Assembly: GCA_035084275.1 (NCBI GenBank)
Contig: CM068745.1
Location: 87,668,001-87,732,000, forward strand
Length of the DNA stretch: 64,000 bases
Origin: Hydrolagus colliei
Taxonomy: Eukaryota
Reading direction: 5' to 3'
Positions 51,299 through 62,270 of this stretch are shown one piece after another. The translations under genes and the position numbers were made by a program. Each line of letters opens with the position of its first letter. The first letter of the stretch is position 1. The notes beneath the pieces were generated by a model, which was not told the DNA's origin, did no database searches, and was given only the letters and a program-made list of their open reading frames with translations.

Positions 51299-51643
51299 GT
51301 ATGGACAACAGTCGTACAGTATTGATGTTTTCTTGAAAAAAAAGCACTCTCATTTGCACTTTTTAACCAAATATTGCCTGTTTAATTGTTGTTAAGAATA
51401 GAACAGGGTAAATAATAACGACAGAACCTATCAATAGAACGCTTGCTGTACAAGTTTGACTCAGCTTTTCTCTTGCTTGTCTATTATGTTTTGTCTATGA
51501 TCCTTTTTTAAATTCCTCCGTTTGCCTTTCATTGTCTCCTCTGTTTCTCTTGGGATGGTGGCTTTGTATTGTGCCTTTTTTTGTTTCAATGGTTCTATGT
51601 CCCCTTTCAGTTTCTCTCTGCCTCCTCTCACAGCAGTCCTGTA

Positions 51644-51932
51644 GCTCAGTGGTTAGAGCACTCGCCTTACAAGCGAGAGACCTGAGTTCGATTCCAGGCA
51701 GGACGAAACCTTGCGCAAGTTTCCTTACTCCACACACCTAATAATAATCTCTCCAAAAAAATTCTAAATTTCAATCCGCGACTGTTTGTGGGGGACGCTG
51801 CTGTGCGCGATTGGCTGCCGCGTTTCACCCACAAATATTCGGTCAATTCATTTCACAGTATATTCTGTGAAGCGCTTTTGAGACGTCTAGAACCTGGAAA
51901 GCGCTATATCATATGCAAGGATTATTATTATT
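51644..51932 (+). mobile_element. SINE, full length
   Basis: cagtcctgtagctcagtggttagagcactcgcc...gagttcgattcc...ggattattattatt. Confidence 0.92.
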
Positions 51933-52065
51933 ACATGTGTCTGTCTTTCCCAGACTTCGCAGATTGCTACCCCTGAAAGATGAATAGTTTGTGAACAGAT
52001 ATTATTTTTCCAACGCAACAAACAAAATGTGTCTGTTATTGACAAGTCAGGCATTCTTCCTCCAG

Positions 52066-52374
52066 CTTCTCCAGATGTCAGGGTGGAGTTTCAATCCTCG
52101 AGCACGAATCACAGCTGCATACAATTAGTTTGCTTGGCTGAGAATTTCTTCCCAGGTAACATCGACCTGAGCTGGAGTAAAGAAGGAAACATAGTTCCGG
52201 GATGGGAGAACTTGGAAATTCTTAATGCGTCAAACCAAACCTTCTCTCAAGCAAGCTATCTGAACCTTTCTGATTGGCGGGAGGGAGATGTGTTTTCGTG
52301 CCACGTTAATCACTCTTCATTGCAGTCTCCTCTCACCAGAGACATAATCATTCCATTCAACAAGAAGGCCAAAG
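52066..52374 (+). CDS. Receptor B Ig C1-set exon (ASPDVRVEF...LVCLAENFFPGNIDLSW...FSQASYL...FSCHVNHSSLQSP)
   Basis: ttcttcctccag acceptor, g|gtattt donor, 309 nt (phase 1 to 1); C1 hallmarks. Confidence 0.92.
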
Positions 52375-52717
52375 GTATTTTAATTTTTAATTTTTTTTCA
52401 CTTCCCCTTTAAACTTTCATCCCGGAAGCTGCCTTCCAGCTTTCTCCCTGTTTTCTCCCAAATCCCTCCACTCCTCTGCACTCCCCTACCTCTCCGGCCC
52501 AATTCAGTGGCTTGGGACTTCCTCCCGAAAGGCGCTATACAAATGTATCTTTGTTGTTGTTGTTGTAATGCCCTTGAATCTGTCGGGTGAAACACTGCAT
52601 TGTTCAATCTTCAAGTGTCGACAAATCTTTTTCTGATTTTAAGAGGAATTTGGAGATCATAATAATAATAATTATTAGTACATTGTATTTCATACCGTGC
52701 CTTTCACATCGGGAGGG

Positions 52718-52945
52718 TGTAATAATAAAAATCCTTGCATTTGATATAACACTTTTCACGTCTTCTAGACGTCTCAAAGCGCTTCACAGAATATACTGTA
52801 AAGTGAATTGACTGTACATATTTGTGGGCAAAACACGGCAGCCAATTGCGTCACATCAGCGTCCCCCACAAACAGTCGTGGATTGAAATGACCAATTCAT
52901 TATAGGTTTTTTTTTGACTGAATATTATCAGGCGCGTGTGTGTGG
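52718..52945 (-). mobile_element. SINE with head truncated by a MITE
   Basis: Tail and core in reverse complement, ending at the MITE start. Confidence 0.85.
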
Positions 52946-52947
52946 GG

Positions 52948-53260
52948 TAGTGTCCGGTGATATATCGATATATCGGTTATATCGGTATAATTTTTCATAT
53001 CGATATGCCGATATTGGAAATTTTAATATATCGGTATATCGAAAAATTCGGTATGAAAAAAAAATCGGTATATCGCAAAACATCGGTATATAGTGTCCGG
53101 CGATATATTGATGTATCGGTTGTATTTATATAATATAAAACTTTTTTCAACTTAGCTTGTCGCCGGCATTGCAAACCTCCTGGGCCTAGAGCGCGCATAT
53201 CGGAATGCGCTCGCACCTCCAAATGCGCGCATACACAGGATAAAACAACCCGGCGATGAC
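52948..53260. mobile_element. Third (partial) ATATCG-rich hAT-like MITE
   Basis: Begins tagtgtccggtgatatatcg; highly similar to 22242-22576. Confidence 0.7.
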
Positions 53261-53376
53261 AGGATAAAACAACCGAGCCAGGGAGAAAGGCATGGGTTAC
53301 CGCAGGCGTTCAGCGGGTATGATCGACTAATGATTTGGTAATGAATTCAAAACGCCTTTTCTTTTTTCACTGGCAG

Positions 53377-53469
53377 GAATCAGAGTTTACCTGTGGGCCA
53401 CAGTTACCTGCCTCATTCTCGTTCTAGCGACCGTGGTCGGATATCTCCTATTTAGGTGCTCAAGGAAAG
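53377..53469 (+). CDS. Receptor B TM exon (GIRVYLWATVTCLILVLATVVGYLLFRCSRK)
   Basis: ttttcttttttcactggcag acceptor, aag|gtaagg donor, 93 nt (phase 1 to 1); hydrophobic helix plus basic stop-transfer. Confidence 0.88.
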
Positions 53470-53791
53470 GTAAGGACCTGCTGCCTTCCGTACTCTCCCC
53501 CCCCCTTTCCTACTCTCCTTCCCCCCACCCCTACCCTGACCCTTCCCCCCTACCCACCCACCCACACACACTCCCCCCCCCCTTTTAAATGTAAAGACAT
53601 AACGCCTTTCACGTCGAGGTGGGTGGGTGGGGGGTAAGGAGGGAGTGACGTGTGGGGGGGAGGGGTAACCTCAAAGCAGGTTCATGGGATATACTGTTCA
53701 GTGTGTACTGTAAAGGGAGTGGAGTGATGGAAAATGGTGAGGTTGTGCCTTACACTGACAGGAATTATTTTGGTTCCCCACATCTCTGCAG

Positions 53792-53898
53792 CTCCCCAAA
53801 ACGAAGCAGTCTACGTGAACTTTGTGCCCGATTCGAGAAGAAAAGACTCCAAACTGTATCCGGATTACGGTTTTCTTCGCCAACCCTCATTGATGTAA
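53792..53898 (+). CDS. Receptor B cytoplasmic exon (APQNEAVYVNFVPDSRRKDSKLYPDYGFLRQPSLM*)
   Basis: catctctgcag acceptor in phase 1; YVNF motif; TAA at 53896-53898. May instead splice onward. Confidence 0.7.
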
Positions 53899-54355
53899 TG
53901 CCGTTGATGTAAATGAGCCAGTTTGGGTTGTTTGAGTGTGTAGGCTGGGCTGGACTCTCTTAACAGAGATGCTGCACTTCATATTGACATCAAATCAAAG
54001 GCTCGCCCTGCATGCTGTGGCAGACATTAGAGATCCAATCATGTTATTCAACTCTTTCTTCTGGTATCCCGACCGTCAATCCTCCAGATACATTAATTGG
54101 TGATTGTGGGGGGGGTGGGGGGCATTTTTGCGTTCGTCATAGCTATCATGTGTACTGCATATTAAGGCACCATAAAATTGCAAATGTTCTATAGTTAGGT
54201 ACTGTAAAAAAAATATTTGTTGTGCATCACTATATCCTTGATTGCGCCTTTTCTCTCATCCCTCTAAATTGAGACTACAAGTTACTTGTTCCAATTCTAC
54301 TTGACCCACCAACACCATTTTGTTTCCTCCAGTGCCCTATTTTGATCTCACACAG

Positions 54356-54429
54356 TTACACTGTGCCATAAACAGAAGATGTATGAAAATCTGTTGTGTT
54401 TTGATGTTCAAGCCACCAAAGAGAGCTAG
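54356..54429 (+). CDS. Possible alternative/terminal cytoplasmic exon of receptor B (VTLCHKQKMYENLLCFDVQATKES*)
   Basis: ttttgatctcacacag acceptor; the phase-1 reading gives YENL; AATAAA at 54471 and 54542 follow. Confidence 0.45.
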
Positions 54430-54470
54430 GCGCTTTACCAATGTCATTTTGTATATTGTACATTAATTAA

Positions 54471-54476
54471 AATAAA
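54471..54476 (+). terminator. Polyadenylation signal of receptor B (second AATAAA at 54542)
   Basis: AATAAA downstream of the last candidate exon. Confidence 0.55.
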
Positions 54477-57002
54477 GACCACGAAAGACATTGCAAGAGA
54501 AGCGCAAGTGAGTGTGTTTCATAGATCTCACACATTCATAAAATAAATTTATCTGATCATTTATTTCTCTTCCCAGTAGGACATAAGAAGCAATATTTTT
54601 TTTTGAGTGCCGACAATCCCAGTGTTTTACTGTCAGCCGGGAGCCTGTTTAGAGTTTGTGGTGGTCAGGCTGACGGCTCTAACACACAATTGGGTATCAA
54701 TTCCATAGATCATTCGGAGAATTGCCTTTGGCAATGTTGACCACTAATGGGACTTCCCATTCTAGTTGCTGATATCGCCCAAAGGAGCTGTATATGTAAC
54801 GCTGAATAGAGTTTTTTACCCAAACGTGTCTTTAAAAAGCGAACTGTATTTTTAATTTCTGAGATGAAGCATCTTAAAACTAATCAGTAGCTACAGGAAC
54901 TACATGCAGAGTTATACACGAAGCCCAGAGAATCTAATCGGAGCCTAAAAAAATGCATCTTCCTTCAGTGTGTTGCTGTCCACATCAAATGCACTGTCGA
55001 CTTTACAGCTGTCCCACCGCAATACAAGATTGCATTGAGGTTATAAAGTGAAAGGCGCTGTACTAAATTTAAATAATACTATTAATAATAATAATGATGA
55101 TAGCTGAGTCAGATGATTTGCTACTGACTTGCCATTGTGATGCTCTGGTGGTGATTCTCATATATGGACTGAAACTGTTAAGCAGATTCCTTTATCTGCG
55201 AGAAAAAAAAAAAGCCAGAGATGCTTTGCGATCGTTCCACACACAGAGAGAGCGAAGGAAAAAAAAAAAAATCCGCTCTATATTACGGAATGGACGGAAT
55301 GCAAACCTTGTCTCCCACACTTTTTTAAGCACCCGGGGCAGCAGAATCAGATAAGATGTTTGCTGGCAAACGGCTTGAAGATCAATGGCAATTCAAAGCC
55401 TAATCACATTTCAACCAGGACAACATGCGCCTGATCCACTGTACTGCCATCGCCGCACAGACCTGGGTGACTGGGAAGCAAATCCCTGCAGCATTAACCG
55501 GGCACATGTGTGAAAACATTCGCAAAACAGCAACACGGATTCCCAACATATCGCGCATAGTATCTGTAATAGCTCTGATCCACTTGCAGGTTTACACTGG
55601 AGACTGGTGTCAAAGGCAATCCATCTGGACTCTGGCTCTGTGCCAGGATCGTTTATCGTGCAGTCCACGAGGGGAATCGATGCCGATGGGAATGCATTTG
55701 CGGCCGACATCTGAAGGAAATCGTAAACAACACTTCAACGATCGGTCTAAATGAGGCCCCAAGATATTTACTTGAGCCGATATTACTGGAGCTGTGTCTG
55801 TTTCAGCAACAGGAACACTGTACAGCGTTTACAAGGCAACGCAGAGGCTGAGGAATGCTGCAAGGCAGCGAAGGGTTTCTTCTTCCCGACGTCCCGATGT
55901 CTCAGCCAGCAATCCTTCAGACAAATTGCTCATTGATTTCATGGCTGTTGGTGGGTCTTTGTGCCAATCTGTAGTCACACTGACCTCGGCATACACTGAT
56001 CACACGGTACTTAAGTTGACACGATGGCCTGTGATGCCCTGTGGAACGCTTTTGCTATTCAGGCATTGACTGAAATAATTTGTGATACATTATTAGCTGT
56101 GTTGATCTTTTTATCATGAGTGCTCACTCACCTAGCGAAGCGATCGCCTCTTCATGTCTTTGTAATCGGGCCAACGTGGCATTTAGCTTTGCTATCAGTG
56201 CTGCCCTCAAGAGAGATGTTTCTCCCTGTTCTTTTTTTTTTTTTACAGAGCTCCACCCCCCCCCCCCCCCACCCCTACCCCACCACCTCCACCACCCCCC
56301 ACCCCCCACCCCTACCCCCCCACCTCCACCACTCGCCACCCCCCACCCGTGTACATAAAACTTGATAGATAAGACAGACGCACAAATGAGCGCAGTGACA
56401 ACTGCGGTGAAACCCCCTGGCAGATGGCACTAAACTCCGTGCATTAAGGGAGGTTGATAAGACGGATAGAATGCATTCCATTGAAATGAGGTTTCCGATC
56501 AACAATGATATTATTTGTCTGTGATTGGGGTGAGATCAGCAGCTGCTATTTCTGACCTTGAACAGAAGACACCGGGGATCATTGTTCCAAAATCGGGATC
56601 TCGCTTCACTTTGGAAAAGCTTTGGATTTCTGGCGGCGTGCCCCACATAACTTATGCCCAACAAAGTATTAATTCAATGAAGGAGAATAATAGATGGATG
56701 CATCCCAGAACGCCAGCGACAGCTGTAAAATCAATGTCCCCGAAAAGAGCAATAGATTAGCCGGCACAGACTAGATGGGCCGAATGGCCTCCTTCTGTGC
56801 CGTGAAATTCTATGAAGCTATGAATTCTAAATTCGTCCATTTCGTTCTAGTTTGGCCTCACCGGACGCAAGCTAGATGGCTAAACGGCTGTATTTTTCGC
56901 CTTCTAATGCAACTCGCATACCGGCAAAATGTAAGCTTGGGTTCGATCGTCATTCCATAGTTTAATCGGTTAGTATTTTAACCGAGTTAAAATACTAAGT
57001 GG

Positions 57003-57350
57003 AGCTCCTGTGGCTCAGTGGTTAGAGCACTTGTCTTGCAGGCTGGGCAGACCAAGCTGGGGAGACCTGTGTTCGAATCCAGGCAGGTCAGGCCCAACCT
57101 TAGGCAAGTTTCCTTACTCCACACACCTAATAATAATCCCTCCAAAAAAACCACAATAATAAAATTGGTCATTTCAATCCACGACTGTGTGTGGGGGACT
57201 GTGCGCAATTGGCTGCCGCAATTCACCCACAAATATATACAGTCAATTCACTTTACAGTATATTCTATGAAGCGCTTTGGGACGTTGCTAAAAAAAAATG
57301 TGGAAAGCGCTATATCAAAATGCAAGGATTATTATTATTATTATTATTAA
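57003..57350 (+). mobile_element. SINE, full length
   Basis: Head, core, (TAT)n tail. Confidence 0.92.
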
Positions 57351-57659
57351 GTTGCATTGTTATTTGTGGCGTAATACAGTATTTGGAAGAATAACGGAAA
57401 TTTCTAATGCTGACCATTATTGCTGGTGAAAATTATTATTATTATTATTCTCATCCGCCAGGGATAATGTTTTTCATCCCGAAAATGAAACTATTTTTAT
57501 TCAACTTTTAATGTATGTTTGAATCCTTAGGTGAGGAGTTCCAAGCTCAACCATGCCATCGAATGGAGAGGTTTAATAGAACACAAACAGAAATCCCTGG
57601 GAACGCTCAGCGGTTGAGATTTAATAGAATTCACTATTCAATTCAGAGAGGGAGGCACA

Positions 57660-57970
57660 CGAGTGTGAGCGGTACTCCAAGGCAGGTCTGATTTAGCTTC
57701 TATAAGCTTCAGGAAAGATTTATTCACTGAAAGCTCGGTAGAAATCTGGAATTCTCTCCCTCCAAAGGGTCGTGGTTGCTGGATCTATCCACACCTTCAA
57801 GAGTGAGGTTGATACATTTTTGGTAGGCCAGGGTATTAAGGGATATGGGGAGAAAGCGGGGAATTGGAATTGAAAGGATTTGTATAGTTATAGATCAGCC
57901 ATGATCTAATTAAATAGCAGAACAAGCACAAGAGGCTGAATGGCTTACTCCTGTTCCTATGCTCCTATGA
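57660..57970 (+). mobile_element. CR1 LINE 3' end
   Basis: ccttcaagagtgaggttgatacatttttg...gatcagccatgatc...ctgaatggcttactcctgttcctatgctcctatg; a similar piece lies at 58765-58930. Confidence 0.85.
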
Positions 57971-58220
57971 GCAACATGCGAGGGTGGAACTCAAGTCACC
58001 CCTTTCATTTTAGTCAGTGTTCAACGTGTATATGTACGATCTCAGAAGAAAAGTGCTTGAACAAATAAAACGCCCTCCCACAAAGTTTCGACAACACAGT
58101 TTATCAATGTTTTTTTTTACAACGGATGTAAATAGCAGCAATCTTAACATATTCGAGTTTTAAATAGAACAATTTTTTTTCTCTGCAAACATACTTCAAT
58201 CCCTGAAATCCCATTTCGAA

Positions 58221-58740
58221 ATAATAATCCTTGCATTTGATATAGCGCTTTTCATGTCTTCAACACATCTCAAAGCGCTTCACAGAATATGCTGTCGCGT
58301 TTCGTCCACACATATATATACAGTCAATTCACTTTACAGAATAATCCGTGAAGCGCTTTGAGACATCTAGAAGATGTGAAAAGTGCTGTATCAAATGCAA
58401 GGATTATTATTATACTGTAAAGTGAATTGATCTTATATTTTGTGGACGGAACGCGGCAGCCAATTGCGCACAGCAGTTGTCCCACAAACAGTCGTGGATT
58501 GAGTGACCAATTTATTATTATTTTTTAAAGCAATTATTACCCCCGGAAAAACGATCCGCCAATCAACTAAAAATCTGGTTCCTACTTGCTCCTGGGTAAA
58601 CAGAAGTGTGTGTGTGTGTGTGGGGGGCGGGGGGGGGGGGGGATAAGGAAATTTGCCTAACATTTTCCCTTGCCGGGAATCAAATTCAGGTCTCTCGCGT
58701 TTGTGAGGTGAGTGCTCTACTCCCTCAGATACATACAGGA
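58221..58740 (-). mobile_element. Minus-strand SINE with a plus-strand SINE tail inserted at about 58291-58412
   Basis: cacagaatat|insert|actgtaaagtg junction restores the consensus. Confidence 0.82.
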
Positions 58741-59467
58741 TCACACTCGGTTGCGTTTCCCTATCCCGTAAAAACATCTACGCCTTCAAGAGTGAGGGTT
58801 GATAAATGTTTGGTGGGTGTATGAAGGGGAGACGCATGCGGGGAGAAAACGAGAAATGCAGATCAGCCGTGATCTAATTAAATGGTGGAACAGGCTTGAA
58901 GGGCTGAAGGGTCTACTCTTCCCATGTTCCAATATCGAGGCTCGCAAATGATGGACGATCACTTTGGGGTGTCTGACATTTGCTTTCTCTAGCCACATCA
59001 CCACCCTGGGAACACTGGCGCTTACAGGGGGATGAAATTCCATTGCAAGTCCAATTCCATGTGTCCCAAATCCTACCTCGCCAGTCGTGGCTCTGCCCTT
59101 GTGAATATTTTTTTTAAAAAATAACATTTCCACAGGTGTTGCTTTAGCCTTGAAGAGAGAGGGGTTGAATATGGGTAATCCCAAAAGGATCACATTCTGG
59201 GAAGTCTGCTAAGGTATAAAAATTTTACCAAGTTCCAAATCTGCTTGTTGGTCAGTGGTGGCTGTGACCCTGAAAGGCAGGCTACAGTAATTATCATGCA
59301 CATGCCTTTGTCCAAACGTGTAAGATGACATGATCCATAAACCACTAATGTGCCTACTCTCGTCTTGACCTAGTAGAGTTCGGCCATAAAATCACACAAT
59401 CATTGCATTCAACAGTACTGTATGTCCGATTTGGAACATCCTCCCAATGTGACACGCGCTATCCAAG

Positions 59468-59695
59468 CTTGAGACCTGTGTTCGAATCCAGGGAGGTCAG
59501 GGCAAAACCTTGGGCAAGTTTCCTTACTCCAAATGCCTAATAATAATCCCCAACACCACAACAATAAAATTGGTCATTTCAGTCCACGACTGTTGGTGGG
59601 GACGCTGCTGTGCGCAATTGGCTGCCACGTTTCGCCCACAAATATACAGTCAATTCACTTTACAGTATATTGTGTCTCAAAGCGCTTTGAGACAT
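59468..59695 (+). mobile_element. SINE
   Basis: gacctgtgttcgaatccagg head, core, partial tail. Confidence 0.82.
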
Positions 59696-59918
59696 CATCC
59701 TTGTTTGTTTTCCAATGTTGGGCTATTGTGTTGGCTGAGAGAGTCATGTTACAATTAAGTTATTAATTGGACAGTTGAAACAATAAATGCTTCCTTCTTC
59801 CACACAGCCCCCACCCTCCCCAGCACCACCGCAAACCACATATACACATAGATACCATACTATTGTCTGAGGCCAAAAATCAAATATAGAACAAGTTAAA
59901 ATGCTCATGTTTAGAATA

Positions 59919-60003
59919 CCTTACAAGGAACGACCTTGAAATTAGAATATAAAAGCCAGGTTCTGGCCACACTCCTCTACTGATTCCAGCACTTGACTGG
60001 TCG
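59919..60003 (+). promoter_or_regulatory. Candidate myosin promoter: CArG-like CCTTACAAGG (59919), TATAAAAG (59948), short non-coding exon 1 ending at donor cg|gtatgt (60003)
   Basis: TATA box about 55 nt before a splice donor; acceptor ttccttctcttgcag at 60755 precedes the ATG exon. This is the usual sarcomeric MYH layout. Confidence 0.55.
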
Positions 60004-60057
60004 GTATGTAGACTCCTTTATTTGTGTCTTTCTTTCAAATTTGTTTGCCGTTGTTAG

Positions 60058-60375
60058 TATTAATAATAATAATAATCCTTACATTTCATATCGCGCTTTT
60101 CACGTCTTCTAGACGTCTCAAAGCGTTTCACAGAATACACCATAGAGTGAATTGATTGTATATTTGTGGACAAAACGCGGCAGCCAATTGCGCACAGCAG
60201 CGTCCCCACAAACAGTCGTGGGTTGAAATGACCAATTTTTAATATAGCGCTTTTTTTTTGGACGGATTATTATTAGGTGTGTGGAGTAAGGAAACTTGCC
60301 CAAGCCTTCTCCCTGACTGGATTAGAACACAGGTCTCACACTTGTCAGGCGAATGCTCTAACCACTGAGCTACAA
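60058..60375 (-). mobile_element. SINE, full length
   Basis: Consensus in reverse complement. Confidence 0.88.
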
Positions 60376-60829
60376 TAGAACCTGTGTAGCCTAATTAATT
60401 AAAATAAATGATACTCAATTAGAAGTGCAATATTAAAACATAGCTTTGAAAACGTAATTCAACAAAAATCTAAACTGGAGTAATTTAAACTTCGAAATTC
60501 AGTCTTGACTTTGACGTGAGTTTCCTGCAGTCCTTTTTTTTTAAAAAAAGCAAAGAAACACAGCTTCAGAAGTCAGCTTGCTGTTTCAGAATTCTGGACA
60601 CAACAAAATTACATTTATAGAGCGCCTTTCTCGTCGGGCGGACGTCCCAAGGCGCTGCACTTTTGAAGAAAAGACACAGCAAAATTTAGATTGTTATGTG
60701 AAGTTCAAATCAAAAGGTTTGCAACATGTTGTTTTCGATCTTCCTTCTCTTGCAGAATTATCTCGCCCCACCACCGTTGCTTTGCAGCTAATTTGCTACC
60801 TTGAAGCATTTCCTTGAGCGACTCCCACA

Positions 60830-60920
60830 ATGATGGATTCTTCTGAATTCGCTGAAGCTGCCCCTTTCCTCAGGAAGAGCGAGAAGGAACTGATGAGGCT
60901 GCACACCATACCCTTTGATG
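60830..60920 (+). CDS. MYH15: Sarcomeric myosin heavy chain, first coding exon (MMDSSEFAEAAPFLRKSEKELMRLHTIPFD)
   Basis: N-terminus of the MYH15/MYH7B type; g|gtaatg donor in phase 1. MYH15 is chosen on BBX synteny; MYH7B is not excluded by sequence alone. Confidence 0.8.
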
Positions 60921-61129
60921 GTAATGTCTCAGTTTATACTGTTAATCGCTCCACACTGATCTTGTACCTCTTAGCCTTCAACGCCATTGATCGATCTTCA
61001 GAGCTGTCAGTCAGAACAACCCAACCACAGTACTTGGTCTTTTTGTCGAAGGTTATGTCAGCCCAGGTTTTATTTTATCACAGTAAAGGTTTGGCATAGT
61101 GCCTTTCAGTCAGGAGGATGTCTCAAAGC

Positions 61130-61340
61130 ACATCACGGGATTTACAATGTGCAGTGACTAATTCGTAGGCGAGCGAATAAATCAATTTGCGCACAGTCGT
61201 GTCCCACAAAGAGCCATGAAGGAAACGAACAGTTGTATCCGGGGGATTTTCCAATAGTGTCAAAGGGGGGGTCCTTAAGGTCCCAAACGGACAGACAAGA
61301 CCTTGGTTTAGTGTGTCAGCTGAAAGATAACAGCGCCGGA
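61130..61340 (-). mobile_element. Old Deu-domain SINE relic
   Basis: Minus strand gttatctttcagctgacacactaaaccaaggtcttgtctgtcc resembles the DeuSINE core, with tail remnants. Confidence 0.5.
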
Positions 61341-61975
61341 AAGGCAGACCGGCGGTGGCCAATCTTTTCGGTAACAAAATAAAATTTCCGTGACCTTTAT
61401 CAGAAATCGAGAAATATTCAATTACGAAAACCTGGAAATACACTACCCATCAAACAGGGACATACCTCGACTAGTGTTAGGGCAGTGAGGGTGGCTTCTT
61501 AATGTGAGTTCAAAGCCCTTGAACCCTCAGCTTTCAGACTCAAACTCCTCATCCTATGCACCACTGCAAATAATACCAACTACTCCAAGTAACAGATGAA
61601 ACAGAAACAGACTAGTAATAAATCCACCGTCTAATTTATTGAAAGGCATGAAATATATATATGATAGCCGGACAGCTGTTTGCTGTCATTTAAAGAGCTA
61701 CACAAGGATTATAATAATAATCCTTGCGTTTGTTGCAGCGTATTGTCACGTCTTCGAGACGTACAGAATAGACTGTAAAGTGTTTGGTGATGGTATGTTT
61801 TGTGGGTGAAATGCAGCAGCCATGAAAAACCGTGAGCAGTTCTTGCCCTTTTGGCTTACAAAGCTCCAGCAAGGAAAGTAAAGAGACTTTTCACCTTTTT
61901 GAAGAATGGGCTGGAATTCTTTTTATAGTTAAATATTAGCTAGCAGAATTCTGTATTCTTAATATACTATATGTG

Positions 61976-62270
61976 CAGTCCCGTAGCTCAGTGGTTAGAG
62001 CACTCGCCTTGCAAGTGAGCGACCTGGGTTCGATTCCAGGCAGGTCAGGGCAAAACCTTGGGCAAGTTTCCATACTCCCCACGACTGATAATAATCCCTA
62101 AAAAAAAAGGATCATTTCAATCCACGACTGTTTGTGGGACACTGCTGTGTATAATTGGCTGTCTCAATTCACCCACACAAATATTGTCAATTCACTTTAC
62201 AGTATATTCTGTGAAGGAAGCGTTTTGAGACGTGAAACGGCTTTGCCACATCAAATGCAAGGTTTATTAT
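61976..62270 (+). mobile_element. SINE, full length
   Basis: gcagtcccgtagctcagtggttagagcactcgcc head; tail ends about 20 nt before the myosin acceptor. Confidence 0.9.

Noticed and set aside
36237-54429. Calling the receptors TCR/Ig, CD47, HHLA2, SIRP or B7-H6
   Set aside because: V and J are germline-joined with no RSS seen; there is no 5-TM region (CD47), no V-C-V layout (HHLA2), only one C1 (SIRP-alpha has two), and the V domains look CD28/NCR3-like rather than B7-like. No gene symbol assigned.
59126-59214. Possible extra 5' non-coding myosin exon (ttccacag...aag|gtataa)
   Set aside because: Only splice-like dinucleotides support it, and a better TATA plus exon 1 candidate lies at 59948-60003.
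61976-62045. tRNA-like sequence (gtagctcagtggttagagcactcgccttgcaag...ggttcgattcc); similar at 14238, 51644 and 57003
   Set aside because: These are SINE heads: no closing acceptor stem, and each continues into SINE sequence.
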